A stretch of DNA of 41,341 bases. Source: a virus (Duplodnaviria; Heunggongvirae; Uroviricota; Caudoviricetes). The translations under genes were made by a program, and so were the position numbers. The stretch lies in IMG/VR virus record IMGVR_UViG_2718217863_000002; one strand, given 5' to 3'. Below, piece by piece: positions 36,742-41,341 of this stretch. Within the stretch, counting starts at the first letter, position 1; the number at the start of each line of letters is the position of its first letter. The notes under the pieces were generated by a model that saw only the letters and a list, made by a program, of their open reading frames with translations, was not told the origin of the DNA and searched no databases.

Positions 36742-37203
36742 TCACTTCTTTTTGCGTGAAAATAACGTGATAATTGCGGCAATCTCTTCTTCCCGAGCTG
36801 CCAGATGGCGGCGGTGATGCACCATGATTTCTTCGGCCTCGTGCCTTTCAATAACGCCATCTTCAAGTGCCTGTTCGATAATCTGATCAACCTGTCCCCT
36901 GGCGGCAGAGGTACGCATTGCCCGGCTAAACAAGTCCACGCGATCCAGCTCTTCCAGGTGCGGAACATCCACCAGCAAAGCACCACGACGGCGGGCGAAG
37001 TAGTCTGCCAGTAGTGACGTGTTGGAAATGTCTTCCATCGCTTCCAGCTCCGATACTTCAAAAAATCGACAGCCGTTTTTCTCGTAGAGGTTGTTGTTGA
37101 ACTGCGTCACGGTCATTCCCAGTGCGCCAGCCATTGCTTCGCGCCCACCTGGATATGCTTTGCACATCGCTTTGACGGCTTCTTTGAGGTTTGGCTCTAC
37201 CAT
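36742..37203 (-). CDS. CII-like regulatory protein
   Basis: ATG at 37203 (MVEPNLKEAVKAMCKAYPGGREAMAGALGMTVTQFNN..., HTH-like); directly downstream of cro. Confidence 0.5.
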   Translation of the reverse strand: MVEPNLKEAVKAMCKAYPGGREAMAGALGMTVTQFNNNLYEKNGCRFFEVSELEAMEDISNTSLLADYFARRRGALLVDVPHLEELDRVDLFSRAMRTSAARGQVDQIIEQALEDGVIERHEAEEIMVHHRRHLAAREEEIAAIITLFSRKKK

Positions 37204-37237
37204 ATTGATTTTCCTTTTGTAGTTATCGAATAACCGC

Positions 37238-37480
37238 TTAAGCAGTACGATTATTTGCACTTGGTACGTCATCTGTTTGATAGCGACTTGGGTACAAAAT
37301 GTGTAATTCGCTTATTTCTCCTCTAAAGAACTTGGCTAATCTCTCCGCCAGTTCGACAGATGGGACTTGCTCGCATCTTTCAATGCGGCTCAACGTTGCA
37401 GGATCTACCTGTACCCCGGTTGCAACGTGCAATAAGGTCATGCCATGCGATTTTCGCAATTTTCTTAATGGTGATTGCAT
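37238..37480 (-). CDS. cro: Cro-like HTH repressor
   Basis: 80 aa; HTH GMTLLHVATGVQVDPATLSRIERCEQVP; divergent from the CI gene. Confidence 0.65.
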   Translation of the reverse strand: MQSPLRKLRKSHGMTLLHVATGVQVDPATLSRIERCEQVPSVELAERLAKFFRGEISELHILYPSRYQTDDVPSANNRTA

Positions 37481-37495
37481 AACGCCTCCTATTTT

Positions 37496-37556
37496 TGCGT
37501 ATTACGCATGCTATTCCACGCTAGCGAATTGCGCAAGTTGCTTTGCACGAAACGCA
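37496..37556. promoter_or_regulatory. right operator region: three TGCG-N5-CGCA-type sites between cro and cI
   Basis: TGCGTATTACGCA (37496-37508), AGCGAATTGCGCA (37523-37535), TGCACGAAACGCA (37544-37556). Confidence 0.5.
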
Positions 37557-37577
37557 AAAACAACATGTAATGAGTGA

Positions 37578-38273
37578 ATGAAAATAGGATCTCGCATACG
37601 ACAACTTCGCTTAGCGAAGAACATTAAAATCGCAGAGCTTGCAGAAGCTGTGGGCGTTGATGCTGCCAATATTTCCAGGCTTGAAACTGGTAAACAAAAG
37701 CAGTTTTCAGAACAGACACTTAACCGACTTGCTCAAGCTTTAAGCGTAAGTGTACCTGACCTATTTACCTCTGACGAAAATGATACTACTGTACATATAA
37801 ACAGTAAAAAATATGCATCTCCCGTAAAGGATGTGGATGTATACAGAGTCGAGGTACTTGATGTGAGCGCAAGCGCCGGGGCAGGACATATACACGGTAG
37901 TGACGTCATAGATGTCATTCATGCTATCGAGTTCAGCAATGATCAGGCATTGGCAATGTTTGGTGGCAGGACTCCATCTGGAGTAAAGGTCATCAACGTT
38001 CGCGGTGATAGCATGGCCTCAACGATTGAGCCTGGCGACCTAATCTTTGTGGACGTAACTATCAATGAGTTCGATGGGGATGGGATTTACGTCTTTGGTT
38101 TTGATGGAAAAGTTTATGTTAAACGCCTGCAGATGATACCAGACCAACTGCTAGTCATCTCTGATAACCCTCGTTATAGAGAATGGAATATAACTAAAGA
38201 GAATGAACACAGATTCTATATCTATGGAAAGGTTTTAATAAGCCAGTCTCAGTCCTTTAAACGGCATGGATAG
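37578..38273 (+). CDS. cI: CI-type repressor (N-terminal HTH, C-terminal S24 LexA-like autopeptidase)
   Basis: HTH IKIAELAEAVGVDAANISRLETGK; C-terminal GDSM with Ser and downstream Lys (VKRL); 231 aa. Confidence 0.85.
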   Translation: MKIGSRIRQLRLAKNIKIAELAEAVGVDAANISRLETGKQKQFSEQTLNRLAQALSVSVPDLFTSDENDTTVHINSKKYASPVKDVDVYRVEVLDVSASAGAGHIHGSDVIDVIHAIEFSNDQALAMFGGRTPSGVKVINVRGDSMASTIEPGDLIFVDVTINEFDGDGIYVFGFDGKVYVKRLQMIPDQLLVISDNPRYREWNITKENEHRFYIYGKVLISQSQSFKRHG

Positions 38274-38291
38274 CATTCATCATCATAAACT

Positions 38292-38316
38292 AGGCCTCAT
38301 TCGAGGCCTTTTTTTT
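38292..38316 (+). terminator. rho-independent terminator after cI
   Basis: AGGCCTC-attc-GAGGCCT then TTTTTTT. Confidence 0.6.
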
Positions 38317-38323
38317 CGCCATA

Positions 38324-38366
38324 AAATTGCGAGTAACGCACATAGCTATTGCGTTACTCGCAATTT
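38324..38366. promoter_or_regulatory. candidate left operator: perfect 17-bp inverted repeat carrying two operator motifs
   Basis: AAATTGCGAGTAACGCA-(9)-TGCGTTACTCGCAATTT; each arm contains TGCG-N5-CGCA. Confidence 0.45.
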
Positions 38367-38636
38367 ATGATTATCTTCTACTCGTCGGCACATGACGAAA
38401 CTTACGGACAAGGATGAACAGAACACAACATGGAAGCGCATTCCCCTTCTTTCCGGTGGGGATCGGTTTGTAACTGAAGGAGTGCGCTTCCAGTTGTGTG
38501 GAGAACTAACGTACCGCCATTGCAGTGGCGGTCCCCCATCAGCAAGAAATTTTAACCAGCTATTCACCCACTTTCATGGGTTGGGTTGCTGCACCCTAAA
38601 TTTACGCGTTGCAGCGCGTCAGATGGAGAACAAAAG

Positions 38637-38936
38637 ATGGCTAAGACAGCAAATCAATTGATTAAACAGGCGTACGAAATAGCCAAAACTATGCCACCAG
38701 AACAGGCAGCAATCATCAAGGAACTGGCTACCGTCCTCGATGTTTCGAATGTAGCTCTGCGCCAGACACGCACCGAACGTGACGCCCTTCTCGCAGAGGT
38801 CAAATCTTGGGCGAAGGAGTGTGATCGTATTACTGAGCGATATACCAAGAAGCGCATAAATCTGCATGTCCTCGAAGCAATGCGCGATTTGAAAGCAATT
38901 TGCCCCACCAGCTTCCGTAACGTGGAGGCTCTCTGA
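38637..38936 (+). CDS. hypothetical early-left protein
   Basis: ATG at 38637 with GGAG RBS (MAKTANQLIKQ...); track ORF starts at an upstream TTG. Confidence 0.45.
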   Translation: MAKTANQLIKQAYEIAKTMPPEQAAIIKELATVLDVSNVALRQTRTERDALLAEVKSWAKECDRITERYTKKRINLHVLEAMRDLKAICPTSFRNVEAL

Positions 38937-39721
38937 TGGCTAAAGACTCAAAGCTGGTATATGGCGCGAGTGGCAAAACGAACGTTTTGACGTTCGAACC
39001 TGAAAACCTGCACCTGGTTACCGACAAAACGCACCCGCTTTACGATGAGCGTATCCACCTGCCTATCAGCGAGGCAATGGTGCTGAACATCATGGACCAG
39101 GGCGTTCTTGAGCCGATTATCGTCTGGAAAGACCCGGAGACAGGGCTGTCTTGTGTGGTTGATGGTCGCCAGCGTGTGCGACATACACTGGAAGCCAACA
39201 AGCGTCTGTCGAAAGAGGGCAAAGAACCGTTACTGGTTCCGGCAGTCGCTAAACGTGGCTCTGCCGTTCGCATGGCGCAGGCGATGGTAAGTGCTAACGA
39301 AATCCGCCAGGCTGATACGCCGCTGGGCCGAGCAAAGAAAATGGCTGATGCGCTGGACCGCGGGCACGACGAGGACGATTTATCGCTGATGTTTGGCGTG
39401 AGTGTTCAGACAGTACGTGCAACGCTGTCGCTGCTGGATGCCACCCAGGCTGTCCGCGATGCAGTGGAATCTGGAACTGTCACCGTTACCCAGGCGCGTC
39501 AGCTTGGTGCGCTCCCACCTGAAGAGCAGCGTGCCAAAGTGTCAGCAATCGAGCTGGCGACAGCTGGTACAACCGGCCATGAAAAAGCCCGGCGTCAGCG
39601 TAAGATTCTCGGTGAGGAAAAGCCGCGTCTGAAAACCCGCAAAGAAATTACTAAAGCCCTGGAATCTGCCGAGGGTGAGTATGCAAGCGCACTCCGTTGG
39701 GTGCTTGGGGAGTCCGTATGA
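38936..39721 (+). CDS. ParB-like nuclease domain protein
   Basis: 261 aa; IIVWKDPETGLSCVVDGRQRVRH resembles the ParB N-terminal box. Confidence 0.6.
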   Translation: MAKDSKLVYGASGKTNVLTFEPENLHLVTDKTHPLYDERIHLPISEAMVLNIMDQGVLEPIIVWKDPETGLSCVVDGRQRVRHTLEANKRLSKEGKEPLLVPAVAKRGSAVRMAQAMVSANEIRQADTPLGRAKKMADALDRGHDEDDLSLMFGVSVQTVRATLSLLDATQAVRDAVESGTVTVTQARQLGALPPEEQRAKVSAIELATAGTTGHEKARRQRKILGEEKPRLKTRKEITKALESAEGEYASALRWVLGESV

Positions 39722-39909
39722 CAATCATAAAAACCCATACCGGTACCGTGATCACCAAAGACGGTCCGAAGCTTAAAAAACTGCATCAGACAGAGCGGAT
39801 GTGGGTCGTTGGCAAAAACGAGTTTTACCACAAAGCGACCGGATGCCGTCATTTTGCAGAAAATACGCGCCGCCGGCTGCTGCTCGACACCATCAAGCCT
39901 ATCGAGTGA
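39718..39909 (+). CDS. hypothetical small protein
   Basis: ATGA overlap with the ParB-like stop (MTIIKTHTG...); 63 aa. Confidence 0.35.
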   Translation: MTIIKTHTGTVITKDGPKLKKLHQTERMWVVGKNEFYHKATGCRHFAENTRRRLLLDTIKPIE

Positions 39910-39972
39910 CGACTGGCCCGGAGAAAAGAATTGTAGAAGTTAAGCCGGTTGCAGCCGGTATATGGAGAAGAA

Positions 39973-40209
39973 ATGTCACGTATGGTCTCTTTACTCGAAT
40001 GGGCAAAAGATGAATTCGGTAGTGAAGCCCCTAGCGAGCGAGTATTAAAAAAATATGCTAAAGGCCAGATGATAGCACCACCACCGATGAGAGTCGGGCG
40101 GCGCTGGATGGTTGACAAAGAGGCTCGTTTTATAGGTGTAGTTGCTGAACCTCAACTTCCAATAAATGTTAACCCAAAACTGAGACGGATAATTAGCGAT
40201 GGCAGCTAG
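39973..40209 (+). CDS. xis: excisionase-like protein
   Basis: ATG at 39973 with GGAGA RBS; KGQMIAPPPMRVGRRWMV resembles the lambda Xis region RIFPPPVKDGREYLF; overlaps the int start. Confidence 0.5.
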   Translation: MSRMVSLLEWAKDEFGSEAPSERVLKKYAKGQMIAPPPMRVGRRWMVDKEARFIGVVAEPQLPINVNPKLRRIISDGS

Positions 40210-41341
40210 ACCGCGTACCCATAAAATCACTATTCCAAACCTATATTGCAAACTTGATAAACGTACCGGAAAGGTTTACTGGCAATACAAACACCCTATC
40301 TCTGGTCGTTTTCATAGCCTCGGCACGGACGAAGCTGAAGCAAAGCAGGTGGCAAGTGAAGCAAATACGATTATTGCAGAGCAGCGCACCAGGCAGATCC
40401 TTGGTATTAACGAGCGTCTGGCTCGCATGAAAGGAAACCGCACGGATATTACAGTTTCTTCATGGCTCGACAAATATGAATTGGTGCAGGAGGAAAGATT
40501 GAAACACAACGAACTGCGCCCAAACTCTTTTCGACAGAAAGCTAAACCAATTCGTCTTTTTCGTGAGCATTGTGGTATGCAATATCTAAAAGATATAACA
40601 GCACTTGATATTTCCGAAATAACAGATGCTGTTAAGGCAGAGGGTCATAACAGGATGGCTCAAGTTGTACGCATGGTACTAATAGATGTTTTTAAAGAGG
40701 CTCAACATGCTGGTCACGTTCCTCCGGGATACAACCCTGCCCAAGCAACGAAACAGCCACGAAATAAGATAAGCAGACAAAGGCTATCTCTGGAGGAATG
40801 GGAGGCTATTTATACATCCGCCGAACAACAACAACCTTATTTGCAATGTGGAATGTTGCTTGCCATTGTAACAGGGCAACGCCTCGGGGATATTTGCAAT
40901 ATGAAGTTTTCGGATGTATGGGATGATATGCTGCATATTGAGCAGGAGAAAACAGGAACTCGTTTAGCCATTCCCCTTTCTCTCAGAAATGAGGCGTTAA
41001 ATATTACTCTGAGTGATGTTATTTCAAAATGTAGAGATGCTGTGGTGAGTAAATATCTTGTTCATTTTCGCCATAGCACCTCACAGGCTAGTCGTGGTGA
41101 CCAAGTGTCAGCCAAAACACTTACTTCAACGTTCAAGAAAGCACGGGATAAAAGCGGTCTTACCTGGGAAGAAGGAACAGCACCGACTTTCCATGAACAG
41201 AGGTCTCTTTCAGAGCGATTGTATCGTGAGCAAGGAATAGACACTCAGAAACTATTGGGCCACAAAACAATGAAAATGACTGACATATACAATGATGACC
41301 GCGGCAAAGAGTGGATCGTTGTTGGTAAAAAAGCAGTATGA
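40199..41341 (+). CDS. int: tyrosine integrase (lambda Int family)
   Basis: 380 aa; C-terminus HEQRSLSERLY ... LLGHKTMKMTDIYNDDRGKEWIVV parallels lambda Int including the catalytic Tyr context; stop at the window end. Confidence 0.9.
   Translation: MAARPRTHKITIPNLYCKLDKRTGKVYWQYKHPISGRFHSLGTDEAEAKQVASEANTIIAEQRTRQILGINERLARMKGNRTDITVSSWLDKYELVQEERLKHNELRPNSFRQKAKPIRLFREHCGMQYLKDITALDISEITDAVKAEGHNRMAQVVRMVLIDVFKEAQHAGHVPPGYNPAQATKQPRNKISRQRLSLEEWEAIYTSAEQQQPYLQCGMLLAIVTGQRLGDICNMKFSDVWDDMLHIEQEKTGTRLAIPLSLRNEALNITLSDVISKCRDAVVSKYLVHFRHSTSQASRGDQVSAKTLTSTFKKARDKSGLTWEEGTAPTFHEQRSLSERLYREQGIDTQKLLGHKTMKMTDIYNDDRGKEWIVVGKKAV

Larger units (their letters stand above)
1702..41341. mobile_element. 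lambdoid prophage integrated in icd (right end lies beyond the window)
   Basis: icd fragment at left; xis-int at right; complete immunity, replication, lysis, HK97-type head and siphovirus tail modules in between. Confidence 0.85.

Noticed and set aside
38346-38661. ORFs 38346-38567 (minus) and 38392-38661 (plus) in the region after cI
   Set aside because: They overlap the operator palindrome and the leader of the early-left operon, with no RBS and unusual composition; more likely regulatory DNA, though a small N-like antiterminator cannot be excluded.

Overview
The window is almost entirely one lambdoid prophage (about 39.6 kb in view, continuing past the right edge) inserted into the 3' end of icd. 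All homology calls come from reading the supplied translations and sequence by eye; no database search or alignment was run. Left to right: an AT-rich flank with two small ORFs, then a displaced 55-codon icd 3' fragment with its terminator (1534-1701). Next is a cargo region with a hypothetical repeat protein and a umuDC operon behind a LexA box. A Hin/Gin/Pin-family invertase sits beside a 5.6-kb segment bounded by two identical inverted 26-bp sites and carrying two complete, oppositely oriented tail-fibre genes. The minus-strand late operon follows: J-like host-specificity protein, distal tail proteins, tape measure, G/GT chaperones with a GGGAAAG slippery site, major tail protein, HK97-type head genes, portal, TerL, P27-type TerS and an HNH endonuclease. 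An AT-rich three-gene insert with its own terminator lies between terminase and the lysis cassette (two holin-like proteins, GH19-like endolysin, a lipoprotein, overlapped spanin candidates). A second AT-rich, opposite-strand insert sits at the Q-holin junction. The early region has a Q-like antiterminator, DUF968-like protein, RusA, Dam methylase, a replication initiator with internal iterons, CII-like and Cro-like proteins, and a divergent CI repressor with TGCG-N5-CGCA operator repeats. The early-left operon ends with a ParB-like protein, excisionase and tyrosine integrase. The strongest candidates for something undescribed are the AT-rich module at 27608-29743 (soluble protein + polytopic membrane protein + small protein, defence-like architecture) and the whole-gene tail-fibre inversion switch.
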